From positions 42,847,552 through 42,911,551 of the forward strand of contig NC_057728.1 of the NCBI RefSeq assembly GCF_004010195.1: a stretch of DNA of 64,000 nt, read 5' to 3'. The number at the start of each line of letters is the position of its first letter. Position 1 is the first letter of the stretch. The position numbers and the translations under genes were made by a program. This DNA is from Chiloscyllium plagiosum (taxonomy: Eukaryota). The notes below the pieces were generated by a model. It ran no database searches. It saw only the letters and a program-made list of their open reading frames with translations, and was not told where the DNA came from. This document shows positions 51,829-64,000 of this stretch, one piece after another.

Positions 51829-54390
51829 ATACCAGGAGATGCATAAACAGGTCCAGGCAGCAGGCCGTGGAGGGGGTCGTTAGGGCTGACTGCCTGCCCC
51901 TCTTCCGCGGTTACGTTAGGGCCCGGGTGTCCTTGGAGAAAGAGCACGCGGTNNNNNNNNNNNNNNNNNNNNNNNNNNNNNNNNNNNNNNNNNNNNNNNN
52001 NNNNNNNNNNNNNNNNNNNNNNNNNNNNNNNNNNNNNNNNNNNNNNNNNNNNNNNNNNNNNNNNNNNNNNNNNNNNNNNNNNNNNNNNNNNNNNNNNNNN
52101 NNNNNNNNNNNNNNNNNNNNNNNNNNNNNNNNNNNNNNNNNNNNNNNNNNNNNNNNNNNNNNNNNNNNNNNNNNNNNNNNNNNNNNNNNNNNNNNNNNNN
52201 NNNNNNNNNNNNNNNNNNNNNNNNNNNNNNNNNNNNNNNNNNNNNNNNNNNNNNNNNNNNNNNNNNNNNNNNNNNNNNNNNNNNNNNNNNNNNNNNNNNN
52301 NNNNNNNNNNNNNNNNNNNNNNNNNNNNNNNNNNNNNNNNNNNNNNNNNNNNNNNNNNNNNNNNNNNNNNNNNNNNNNNNNNNNNNNNNNNNNNNNNNNN
52401 NNNNNNNNNNNNNNNNNNNNNNNNNNNNNNNNNNNNNNNNNNNNNNNNNNNNNNNNNNNNNNNNNNNNNNNNNNNNNNNNNNNNNNNNNNNNNNNNNNNN
52501 NNNNNNNNNNNNNNNNNNNNNNNNNNNNNNNNNNNNNNNNNNNNNNNNNNNNNNNNNNNNNNNNNNNNNNNNNNNNNNNNNNNNNNNNNNNNNNNNNNNN
52601 NNNNNNNNNNNNNNNNNNNNNNNNNNNNNNNNNNNNNNNNNNNNNNNNNNNNNNNNNNNNNNNNNNNNNNNNNNNNNNNNNNNNNNNNNNNNNNNNNNNN
52701 NNNNNNNNNNNNNNNNNNNNNNNNNNNNNNNNNNNNNNNNNNNNNNNNNNNNNNNNNNNNNNNNNNNNNNNNNNNNNNNNNNNNNNNNNNNNNNNNNNNN
52801 NNNNNNNNNNNNNNNNNNNNNNNNNNNNNNNNNNNNNNNNNNNNNNNNNNNNNNNNNNNNNNNNNNNNNNNNNNNNNGTGTTTTCCTATCTTCCTGGTGG
52901 TGGAAATTGAATAAAGATTCATGCACCTTGTGTCTCTCACTGTGTCTCACACCTGCACACACACAACATGGGTGCTGGGGAAAAAATAAGCACTACCGCA
53001 GTTAAGCGGTAGTGTGGGGGTAATTAAAAAAAACGGGAGTGTCAGAGCTTCTGTTAAAAAAAAATAAACAGGAGTGGAAAAAGAAATACCAGGAGATGCG
53101 TAAACAGGTTCAGGCAGCGGGCCGCGGAGGGGGTCGTTAGGGCCGACTGCCTGCCCCTCTTCCGCGGTTATGTTAGAGCCCTGGTGTCTCTGGAGAAGGA
53201 GCACGCGGTGTCCACCGACACCCTGGAGTTGTTCAGCGAGAGGTGGGCGTCGCAGGGAGTGGAGTGCATTATTTCCCCCTCCAACTCTATTTTGATTTAA
53301 TACCTGCCCTCCCCTTCACCTTTTGATCACACAGCATTGCCCTTTGATGTGAAGGGCGCTGCTTGTCACTGGCCACTCGGGTGTTTCCTTTCTTCCTGGT
53401 GGTGGAAATTTGAATAAAGAATCGTGCACCTTGTGTCTTTCACTGTATCTCACACCTGCACACACACAACATGGATGCTGGGGAAAAAATAAGCACTACC
53501 GCGGAATAAAAAAAAAGTATACCAAGAGATGCATAAACAGGTCCAGGCAGCAGTCCGTGGAGGGGGTCATTAGGGCTGACTGCTTGCCCCCTTCCGTGGG
53601 TATGTCAGAGCCCAGGTGTCCTTGCAGAAGAAACACGCGGTGTCCACCAACACCCTCAAGATTTTCAGGGAAAGATTGGTCCCGCAGAGGGTGAAGTGTA
53701 TTATTCCCCCCTCCAACTCTGTTTTGATTTAATCCATTCCCTCCCTTCACCTTTTTGATCACTCATCATTGTCCTTTGATGTGAAGGGCACTGCTTGTCA
53801 CAGGCCACTCGGGTGTTTCCTTTCTTCCTGGTGGTGGAAACTGAATAAAGATTCATGCACCTTGTGTCTCTCACTGTGTCTCATACCTGCACCCACACAA
53901 CATGGGTGCTGGGGAAAAATATATAAGCACTACCACAGTTAGGCAGTAGTGTGGGGGTAAAGAAAGGAAAGAAAAGGGGAAAAAAAGAAAATAAATACCA
54001 GGAGATGCATAAACAGGTCCAGGCAGCGGGCCACGAGGGAGTCACTATGGCTGATTGCCTGCCCCTCTTCCGCGGCTACGTCTGAGCCAGGTGCCTCTGG
54101 AGAAGGAGCACCCGGTGTCCACCAACACCTCTGAGCTGTTCATGGAGAGGTGGGCACCGCCGGGAGTGGAGTGTCTTATTTCCCCCTTCGGCTCTATTTT
54201 GATTTAATCCCTACCCTCCCCTTCACAGTTTTGATCACGCAGCATTGCTCTTTGATGAGAAGGGCATTGCTTGTCACTGGCCACTCGGGTGTTTCCTTTT
54301 TTCTTGGTGGTGGAATAAAGTTTTGTACACCTGTTGTCTTTCACTGTGTCTCACACCTGCACACACACAACATAAGGAAAACAAGAAAAT
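51829..54390 (+). mobile_element. Head-to-tail array of Tx1/L1-clade LINE 3'-end units (at least 4, probably 5-6)
   Basis: Units start at 51829, 53086, 53519, 53995 with ATACCARGAGATGCRTAAACAGGT; frame 53100-53300 encodes VNRFRQRAAEGVVRADCLPLFRGYVRALVSLEKEHAVSTDTLELFSERWASQGVECIISPSNSILI*, resembling a Tx1 ORF2 C-terminus; 3' UTR and A-rich tails follow. Confidence 0.75.
51953..52877. other. Assembly gap (925 N)
   Basis: Run of N inside the tandem array. Confidence 1.
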
Positions 54391-55239
54391 ATACCAGATG
54401 AGAATCTTCTCTGTTTAGTACTGACTCTGAGTTGGCTGAGCATAGCCAGTGTACAATGCACAAATAAATAAAGGATGACTTGGTGACAGGATACGAACCT
54501 TTATGCAATTACTTCACTGTCACATTTCCAATTTTTGCATTTGTTTCACATATAGCAATCTTAAACATTTTCTTATGCTGGCACTCCATTTTACTAATTT
54601 TCAGTTGCACTATAGCCACAAAGAAACAAAAGTAAGTATTTTTTAAAGTGATTTAATTATAGCTAAATATAGCTAATTACAGATGTAGTGTAACTTTATT
54701 AAATCCTTGGTGACATGGATGATTGCATACTTCTAACTCCAAAGAGTCTTTTTTCATCCATGAAATGTAGACATTGCTGACTGAGTCATCGTTCATTGCC
54801 TAACACTAATGACCTTCTCAATGGCAATTCAGTGTGTCATAACATGTTTGAATGAGTTGATTAAAAATACATTTTTGCATTCGGGTATTAAAAGATACTT
54901 TTTACACTGAGGTATAAATGTACAGTTGTGATAGCAATGAGGTAATTTCCCCATTAATGTCCATTTAGAGGGCACAGGCTTTAAGAAATTGGCCAAAGAA
55001 GCTGAGGAGATGAAAAGATTGCAGTGAGTTCTTGTGATCAGGAATACTACTGATAAAGTTGATGGAAGCTGATTCAATATAACAAAGGAATATATCCTTG
55101 AAAAGAGAAAGAAAATGTGGTGTATGGGAGAAAGCAAAGGACTGGGAATAATTGAATAACTTTTTAAAGGTGACATTATGGTTCTATATGAAAATGTGAT
55201 GAATTCCAAGAATAACTGAAAGCATTATCAATGACACTG

Positions 55240-55698
55240 ATGTAATGTTATGATAAGAGTTGTAAGCTCTGTGCAATATGTGTAAAGTGGCTCAATGGTT
55301 TCTACTTTAGCAATTGGGTAATATGTATAATATTTAATTACAACATCTCACACTACCCAAATATATGAACATGTACACATGAAAGAAAATAACCTGGAAG
55401 AATTCAGATAAGTGGAAGCCTAAAGATTTGATATATGAGTGTAATTTCTTTGGAATTAAGCCTCTACTGTGGATGGTATTTGAATATAGTGAAACCTTGC
55501 TTTAATTTTTGTGTTAAGGTCCATAATTATATTGGTTTGTTTGTTTTCTTGTGTAATAAACTCTGTTGTTAAAGATTGCCTAAAATATCCATGGGCAGGT
55601 TTTAGAGATTAATCAGTGTAGCTAAAAAGATTAAGCATATGATCTATAAAGTCACATTTCATTCTGGGATCTGACTTGTTCTGTTGGGATCATTACAT
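55240..55698 (+). mobile_element. LTR-like repeat, same family
   Basis: AATAAA at ~55555 then shared terminus ...gggatctgacttg...gggatcattACA. Confidence 0.4.
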
Positions 55699-56289
55699 GT
55701 GGTATTCAGAGTATCAAGAATTAAGTGTCCAGACATCTCATTATAATGACATGGCTGGTCTCAACATGGAATAGGTTTAAATATTTATTTATAGGCATTG
55801 AACGGGTTGATTCCAGGATATTAAAACCTTCATGAAAAATTTGGACTGTAGGCAGGCAATCAGTGACGTTACGTTTTCAACTGACATTGTCCTTTTCTCT
55901 TTTTTAGTTACTTTCTTGATTTGCAGCACATATAAGCCAGTATAATAAATAACATGTACCTAAGTATAAAGTAATAACCCAAAAAACATGCAGCAAATCT
56001 GAATGTGGTTTTTTTTGTCATTATTTTTACATGAATTATGTAACTGGAAGATTTTCTGTGGGCCAGATAACTGTTTTGTGACTAGATTGGCTTTGGGCTT
56101 GGGGAGCCGGTGGAATCTCCATCATAGCAGACTCTGAAGAAACTGCCTGGGAAACTGAATTTCTCTACTATACCTGGAAATGAACAAAAGTCTCTATTTG
56201 AATCAAAGAATTCAGATGCTTCTCTTATAATAAGATATGGAGTTACCCAGGAAAAGCCTATTGGTCTAAATAGTCTGAGTTACTATTAA

Positions 56290-56900
56290 ACTGACCCCAT
56301 ACTTATCTCACTCTCATACCCCAGACCCTAACCTAACACCCATCCATCCTCCAGTGACAATACCTCCCACAGAACCAATTTCATCCCCAAATCCTAGAGC
56401 CAGTCCTCTTCGGCAACTGATACCCATTACGCTAGGACTCAAATCCCTTACCAGATATGAGTCTCCGGTACCCACGTTAGACCCCATCTGACCCCCCCCC
56501 CCAAACCAGTCCATCCTCCAATCACCCCACTGGACCGTATGCCCACCCTCCTTACCTGCTGTTAGATCCAACCCTTTGCTGGACCCAATTCCTACACATG
56601 CTCCCAACCCTGTGGCTGGATATGACTGTCCATTCCCCTCTGCCCTCTGGACCAGACTTGACCTGAACAGCTACTTCCATGCTAGACCCAATCCCAAACT
56701 GAAATCCTTCCCATTGGCCGCCAGTCCTAATTCCTTCAGCCAACTGTGACCTAACCTAAACACTTCCATGCTCCTTGCACCTTGCACTCTGGAACCCTAA
56801 TGCACCTCAGCTGGCACACTACCTAGTTGGAATCCTTCTTACTTGTTACCATAGGTACCTGGCACCCTGCCCTCTCAGCATCTTAACATCACGCTTACCT
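56290..56900. repeat. C-rich degenerate low-complexity tract, probably interior of an old non-autonomous transposon
   Basis: Strong C/A skew with recurring accc/aaccc/gacc/cacc words, no exact period. Confidence 0.4.
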
Positions 56901-57758
56901 TGTGTACTTATCGTTTAACTGCAGCTGTCAAAGTGACTGAATGGACCTTTAAATTTTAGAAGACAGCCACTGACTGCTGTGGGAAGTGGGATATGGTTTG
57001 TCTTCCTGTGGCAGTTCTACACTGCTAAGGGACAGTCAGAATGGAAGTAGGGCTCCACATTTCTGAGGCAGACCTGAGCAGCATCTCCTGTCAGAAATGC
57101 AAAGCTTTCTCCTTTCTTTAAGAAAGGGTAGGGTTGGCATCACCACGTAGTGAAAAATATGCCATACCCACCCATCAGCATATCTGCACTGACAGCATTA
57201 TGGATTCTTTCCCTTCACAGAATGATTTTTGCTTAGCATTTTGAGTTTGACACAACACCCCTTGTCTAAATCATATCACTTGAACAGCTGATAACTGAGT
57301 AGAAGAATGGTGCTATTGAGTGAAGAACAATTGGGACATGTAAGTAGGTGACTGCACAGTTGGTCTCACTCTCCAGAGAGTTAAAGTTGAGAGAGGCAGT
57401 AGCTGTGCTAAAATTGTCCAATGAGATCAGGTCTTATTATTCAAACAGATTCTTCATAATTGCAATATAAATAACCAGTTCCCAGTAATAGCAGCTCCAG
57501 GTATCCTCGGAGCCAGATTAAAGCATTTGGAACATGGCAGGAGATATGAGCAGCTTATTGTTAATATCCAAAATAAATGCACTATTAAATTCATTTGCAA
57601 ATAAAATTCTACCAGTGACACTTTACAGAAAAGGGCGAATTAAACATTGCATCAGCATGGCTTGCACGTGTTCAGTCACAGCGTGTCGCATTCAAATTGA
57701 AACACATTCTATGTATTTTTTAAAATGCAAGAGCCTTTCAGAAAAATAGGAGCTGAGT

Positions 57759-57790
57759 TGTGTGTGTGTACGCGTGTGTGTGTGTGTGTG
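57759..57790. repeat. Interrupted (TG)n microsatellite
   Basis: tgtgtgtgtgtacgcgtgtgtgtgtgtgtgtg. Confidence 0.9.
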
Positions 57791-58419
57791 TTGTATTGGA
57801 TACTGATCAGAAATATCGAGGTCAGCCTAAAGAAAACTTCCAGCTAAGATTGAAATTGACATCAGAGATACTGGAATACAGAAATGATCAATGTAAAACA
57901 TGAGAATGTGTTATTCAATCTTAAACTTCTGTCATACTCAAGGTTAACAAATACAAGTTGCAAAGAAAGGTCTTTATTTGTTAGTTTATTTTAATCGTGG
58001 AATGAACCTTTGGAGGCCAGATTAATTATAGCTCTGAAATAACTACTCTCAAGATAGTTTTGAATTTGCAACTAGAATCTTGAACTTAGTTTTCTAGATT
58101 TCAATATTGACTGGACTGATGTTCAGAGCATTTGCAAACATTTGGTTTGCAGCTACATATTTTAATTCAGCTACTGTGATGATATGATTTCTAATTTGAG
58201 GTTTTAGAGGTGGATGGCATTCAGGGATAAACTCAGAAACAGGTCACAAATAATTGTCATGGTCTACAAGTAAACTGGACTGCCAGGGTCAATTGTGACA
58301 CCCAAACAACTTCATTTTCAATTTGCTACAATAATGAATAATCCTCCCTCTTCTAAAGCAATAGAATTGAGTAAAATTTTGATAATGCCACATTTATCAA
58401 TTCTCCATCATTGCAGATA

Positions 58420-58730
58420 GGGGAGGTGATAGTCTGGTGGCAATATCACTGGATTGTTAATCCATTGACCCAAGTAATATTCTGAGGACAGGGTTTGAAT
58501 CCTATCACAGCAGATGATAGAATTTAATTCAATAAAAATCTGGAATTAAGAGGCTAATGAGACCACAAATCATTATTGGTTGGCAGAACAATGATTGTCA
58601 GAAAAATACAAATGGAACCTGCCATCTTTACATTTACATTTACCTGGTCTGGCCTACATGTGACATAGAGATAGATAATAAATGTTGGCCTAGTCAGTGA
58701 CATTCTCATACCACAAATTAGTTTTTTTTA
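58420..58730 (+). mobile_element. Diverged copy of the 19.2-kb SINE family
   Basis: gggtttgaatcc...cagatgatagaattt...aaatctggaattaagag...cctggtctggcctacatgtgac aligns with 19260-19440. Confidence 0.65.
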
Positions 58731-60049
58731 AATCTTCAGGAAAGACATTTGAAGCAAATGATCATAGAAAAGAAAGAGGGTTGGAAGCCTGTCATTATCA
58801 GATTCTATATCATGCTGGGACATCAGACCTGCCATAATTTAAGATGGACAACAATGAATGGCCAAAAGATATGCTGTTATTAGCATCCCTACATAATTGG
58901 AGCAAAGAAGCAAATTCCATGTTATATCATATGATGGCATTTTAATCGCTTATGTCCCTCAATAACTCAAAAAGTGAAAGAAGGTAAAGTAACCAGACTA
59001 GACCGAACGTGTGGTGCTAGAAAAGCACAGCAGGTCAGCAGCATTTGAGGGGCAGGTGAATCGATGTTTCGTGCAAACTAGACCACCTATTACTGTATCA
59101 ACAATTGCCAGTTGTGTTGTTAAGCAGTATATTGCATTGTCTTGCCTGTCTCTGGGTGTTGGTTGGTTGATTGATTTGTATTTACAGTATTTGCTGGACC
59201 TGTTACAGAATTCCAAAACCTGAAGCTTTTTTTAAAAAAATCTTATCATTTGTCTTGTTTTCTTAGAGTATTCATCACTTCATAAAAGGGATAAAACATA
59301 TACATTTCTATCCTTATTTGACACCATGAAGGAAGCTTCCTCCTTCCTAAATATCTGCAGTCACATTCACAATCAATATGACTTGAAAGAGTTTATATGC
59401 CTGCTCCTCCATACAAAACCCACTACAAAAGAGATTTAGACAGTGAGCATGTGCATCTGAACATAGACTTTTATACCAGACTTGTATCTAAACTTTCCTT
59501 TAATAACTATTTGTCGTTAATTCCAGGCAACAGGAACTGACATTCATTCTGATGTGATCAGATATATAACATTTCAATATATTTCCTGTGTTATGAATCT
59601 TTCTGTTGTGCTATGTAACAGACAGCTATTTCCACTAAGTCTGTAATCTGTTCCTTCCTGGAGGTGAGTTGTACTTGAGCACCTCAAATTATTCTTTGTT
59701 GTAATGTTACTTCCCACATAATTCCTACACTGGTCTTCTCTTGCAACTTTCCCAAGTGCCAGCTCCCAGATGCAAAATCTAAGTCAAATGCTCTGGATTT
59801 TACTCACTTGTTTTTTATGGATTTTTTTTATTTGTTGCATGATACATGTGAACACTAATTGTTACACAGCATGTGAACATATGTAACTAACTCATATATT
59901 GGAAGGACTCCTAGCCAAACAATGAAGCTTACAGCATCAATTACAAATGGGATGACTCTTGCCATCAATTCAGCACTGTGTGATGTATAGCATTATGTGA
60001 TCAGTGTATTCTAGTTACCAACTGGAGCTAAGATTCTTATTGACAACTT

Positions 60050-60560
60050 CAATAGCTTCCTTCACTTAGGCAGCCCCTCATGGCTGAGGGTGAATTACTT
60101 CCAAGATGGAAATAAGATCTCATGTGACTAAAGAGTCCAAAGCATGACCTGCAGTCTCTGTCATAGGCAGAGCAGACAATAGGAGAAAAGGAAAGTGGGA
60201 TGTTCATGTTACTCCCTGCTTTTTTCTCCTGACACATGGCTTCGGTTTGTCATTGGCAATGAATCTTGAGGTATGGAAATACTTCTCAAATGATTTCCCT
60301 CCATTTCATGCAATCTTGAGCCAAGGTTTGTCAAGTATGACAAGGATGTTTCACTTCTTCAAGGACATGTTGAGAATGTCCTTTTAAGTATTTCCACTGC
60401 CCTCTTGGGGCTTGTTTGCCATGTTGAAGTTCCCAATTGAGCATTAGTTTCAGGAGCCTCATTTCAGATATGTGAAAAATGTGGCCTGCCTAGTAGAGCT
60501 AATTGAATATGGTCAATGCTCCAATATTGGGGATGCTGGACTCAGCAAGGATTAGTGAGA
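60050..60560 (-). mobile_element. RTE-clade LINE 3' fragment
   Basis: C-terminal RDCRSCFGLFSH motif; upstream QL...GHIF..S..RL.KL...EL.HGK...GQ.K..KD.L on minus strand. Confidence 0.6.
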
Positions 60561-60669
60561 GACAGGAGGATGTAGGACACCCCAAAGTTTTTTTTTTGCC
60601 TGCTCTACAATGACACATAAGCTGTGATACTGAGCAACAGATCCACCACAGGCCATTTGGTCTAGGGTC

Positions 60670-63140
60670 AAGCAAGGCTGGTCATTATGCTGATGTGCTT
60701 CTCAATCTGTTTTTCTGCAATGCTCCACCACACTCTCAGTCAGCTACTTGCTGAAGTGGAGCTAATCTACAGAACAAACCTGAACTTGTTCAACTTCTGC
60801 CACTTATGCACCAGATCCAAGGTTATCTCATGTAAGAAAAGTTGAAAGATAATTTCCATTGTATATCCTTTCATATACTTGCATACATCTAATCTAGTCC
60901 TAGCATCTTATCAATTTAGATATCGATAGCTTATCCAATATTTCTTCCTTGTTATTTTAAACCTTTCTGTAGACTGAATTTCCATTTTTGTCATCATGGC
61001 TGCTGAAACATCTGCCTCAAAGGTAAAAACAAATGCAAGGTAATTATTTACCACATCAGGCATACCTCTTCTCTCCATATGTAAATCCTTTTTGTGATCT
61101 CTAATGCATTTATCAAATACTTTGGGATTTCCCATTATTTTATCAGCCAGTCTTTTTTTGATAATCTGTCTTTGTATGCCTTATTTACTTTTTCACTTCC
61201 CTACTGAACTTTCATTGTTCTTAATTGTATTTACTACCTGACACCTGTCATAAGCACATGTGTACTGCCTTAACTTAATTTCTATCTCTTTTGTCATCCA
61301 CGTAGTTCTAAAATTGTTTTTCCTTCCTTTTCCTTTTGAGGGAATGAACCTTAACTGTACACAAATCATCTCTCCTTTGAAGTTAGTCCAACGTCCACTG
61401 ATTTTCCTGTCAATCTTTCTTACTAGTTCACTCATCCCAGCTCTATTCATATCCCATATCTGTCAGCTGATTATTCTAACTCCAGATTGACCAATATAAT
61501 TTTCCAATGTCAATATAAACCTTATGATACAATGATCACTGTCGACCAAAAATTTCTCCACTGTCACTTGGCCACCTCATTCCCAAGAATCTGGTCTAGC
61601 AGTACCTCCTTTCTTGTTGGACTGGACATATACCGTTATAAGAAATTCTCCTGTAGAAGAACATCTATTTCTCACCCTTTACACTATCATTATCCTGATG
61701 TTCAGATAGGCAATTAAAGTTCCTGATTATAACTACTCCACGATGTTTAGACCTCTGTGTAACTTACTTGCAAGATTGTTCCTCTGCATTAGTTGGTGGT
61801 CCACAGGTAACACCAATCAATGCAGTCATGCAATGTAACCCATCTTCTTCCTTAGCTCTAGTCAAATCAATTATGTCCTTGAATGCACTGTAACATTCAA
61901 TTTCTCCAGTGAGTCAATGCTCTCCTTAACCAAAATGAACACCTCTCCAACTTTGTTTCCCTTTGCTATTTTCTCTGAACTTTGGTAACCAGAAATATCC
62001 AACATCCAGTCTTATTCCTCCTTGAGCAAGGTCTCTGTTATTGCCACAACATCATAAGCCAACATGATAATTTGTGCCTGTAACTCCCAGCAGTATTAAC
62101 TATTCATAATGCTGATTTAGACTTCTTTCTCCCTTAGGCCTATTTCACTTATTCATTCACTTTTTAGTGTTTGGGTGCTAGTTTCATGTCCCAATATTCT
62201 GTGCACCTTGGTATTACTTCCTACTATTCGTTTCTGTTTCCCACATGCCCGTACCTCCAAAAGCACTATCAAAATGCTCCGCAAGGAATTTAGTCTTGGT
62301 TATGCTCAGATGAAAAACATTTGGCTTGTACAGGTCATTTGGCCTTCAGCCAGTCCCAGGGTCCAAGAAATAAAAGCCCTCACTCTTGCATCTTCTTTCC
62401 AGCTACAGCGTAATCTGTTTTTCTTACAATTTATGTACTCACTTACATGTGGCACTGGGAGTAATATAGAGATTACTATTTTCAAAGTTCTATTTGCTAC
62501 TTTTTTATCTAGCTCCCTAAAATTCCAATTGCAAGATCGCATTAATCACCCCCCAAACCGTTTTTGTTAGTATTAGTGTGGACCAATACCTTAAGCTGTT
62601 CACCCTCCACCAGAAGAATGTCCTACAACTGTTCTGTGACATTCTTGACTCTAGAATCAGGGAGGTGATACACCATCATTAAATCATATTGGCATTTGCA
62701 AAAATGCCTTCCCATTTCCCTAACTAAAGAATTCTGTATTGCCAATCCCCTGACTTTTCACTCTTCCTCTTTCTCACCTAGACTACCCACCGTGCTACAG
62801 GTGTGGCTCTTTCTGCACTTCTCTGAGGAGCCATCACCTTAACTAATATAAAAAAGGAATAAATTGTTAGCGAGCAGGACGTCTGTGGACTCCTGCATTA
62901 CATGCCTGTTTCTCTTGGACTGCCTGATGGGAAATTATTTCTGAACTGTCAGTTTGCTTCTAATTGCTGTGTGACCACCTCTCTGAGCATGCTATCGATG
63001 TGGTTGGCTCCCTGACATGAGTACCTCAGTGACTCTTGCTGCTGCTTAACTCAATCTTGTTCAGTCCATGGCATTTCCTACACGCAGGTTCTTCCAGTCA
63101 TAGTTATCTACAACTTCTTAAATCCAACAGGATAGGCAAT
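60670..63140 (-). mobile_element. Long, heavily decayed CR1 LINE (ORF1/ORF2 5' half)
   Basis: NPKVFDKCI, NNYLAFVFT.E, WMTKEI, esterase-like HVS..I...F.EL...V..RT.K.VIS.LLPVP motifs on minus strand. Confidence 0.7.
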
Positions 63141-64000
63141 CCACTTGATTGAGTTGCCCTGCTATATTTAACTTACATTTTATGTTACTTTACTTACTGT
63201 GACTTTAGTAACTTCAAGTTATCCTAACTTTACTCATGTAAGATTAAATAAAAACTGATGATTTTTAGAAAGTAGAAATTCTTCCCCTTACCCACATCTC
63301 CTTCATCTCCTGTGCATGCAAGTTATTACTTTGTGCTGGGATGAAAATTTACATGTTTCAAACGTAGGGGAACTAAGACATTGTCCCTAACAGCAGCTGT
63401 TCAACAACAAGGAACTCATTGTTGTTCTGCAATGTTACTCTTGGACCGTTTCCTCCTCTCCTGGCACTCTTTTATCTGCTATTTCACCACTGTTTCCTGG
63501 TCTTTACATGCTGGTGATTGGCCTTATAGAGGGCGCTGACTGCCTCGCTGTCCTTCATGAGCACCACTCTGTTTATGGCCAACAGTGCAGGAAGGTCTTG
63601 GGTACATGGATTGTAAGTAACCAGGCTGAAGAAACCACTTTTTAAAAAAATTTATAGGATGTGGGCTTCATTGGCTGGTCAGAATTTATTGCCTTTGAGA
63701 AGATGGTGGTAAGCAGTCTTGTTGCACCACTGCAGTCGATGTACATATCATGGGTAAGGCTCACTCCTGGATCTCCTGCTTTTTTTGCCCATCAGCACTG
63801 CCCACCAGATTGTATATGGGTGACAGGCTTTGTTTGATATAGGAGACTACTAAACAAACAGAGATTTTACAATTATCCCATAGTTTGTTTTTAAAAAAAC
63901 CTAATTCGAAAACAAGCCTTTCCAACTTTAAAGTTATTGAATCAAATGAATTCAAATTTGCTAACTTCTGCAATGATATTTGAACTGGCATCTTTGGAAT

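Larger units (their letters stand above)
51647..54516 (+). mobile_element. Solo-LTR-like host element split by the array (51647-51835 and 54391-54516)
   Basis: TG start, CCAAT (51801), TATA-like AATATA at the insertion point, AATAAA near 54467, ends ...ttactTCA; AATATACCAG present on both sides of the array; no outer TSD seen. Confidence 0.45.

Noticed and set aside
51681..52962. Three long ORFs (347-419 aa) in the ORF track
   Set aside because: They run through the 925-N gap and are artefacts.
51829..54390. CRISPR array or ordinary satellite
   Set aside because: Eukaryotic context, ~400-480 bp units without unique spacers; units carry an ORF end, UTR and variable A tails typical of retroposition.
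56320..56345. Telomere-like CCCTAA repeat
   Set aside because: Only one exact unit inside a C-rich tract; not an array.
38441..64000. MYF6 or MYF5 coding exons
   Set aside because: No bHLH-coding sequence seen in the ORF track or by reading; these genes presumably lie beyond the window.

Overview
Eukaryotic, AT-rich, repeat-dense vertebrate genomic DNA, most likely from a shark or other elasmobranch (inferred from HE1-type V-SINEs with CR1 tails and shark-type Penelope repeats). The + strand carries the last 12 coding exons (1547-38440) of the receptor phosphatase PTPRQ. They encode the cytoplasmic juxtamembrane region with two symmetric micro-exons (45 and 27 nt), the full PTP domain ([23 protein letters not shown]) and the C-terminus ...EWEETTM*. 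All splice sites are GT-AG and phase-consistent. After the stop come about 25 kb of intergenic DNA with no recognisable gene; MYF6/MYF5 are expected further 3' by vertebrate synteny. Introns and flanks hold CR1 and RTE LINE fragments, three SINE families, solo-LTR-like elements and many Penelope-like remnants with minimal hammerhead ribozyme motifs and 12-14 bp TSDs. Most interesting: (1) a head-to-tail array (51.8-54.4 kb, spanning a 925-N gap) of ~400-480 bp Tx1-like LINE 3' ends. All start at the same base, have different A-rich tails, and sit at one site in an LTR-like host, suggesting a target-specific non-autonomous retroelement with possible serial 3' transductions. (2) An intronic motif at ~10.97 kb resembling my recollection of the Pax3/Six core of the mouse Myf5 limb-muscle enhancer. 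(3) A 650-bp Penelope fold-back with an intact minimal hammerhead. (4) A decayed ~1-kb reading frame of unknown origin at 12.7-13.7 kb. Repeat family names are from pattern recognition, not database searches.
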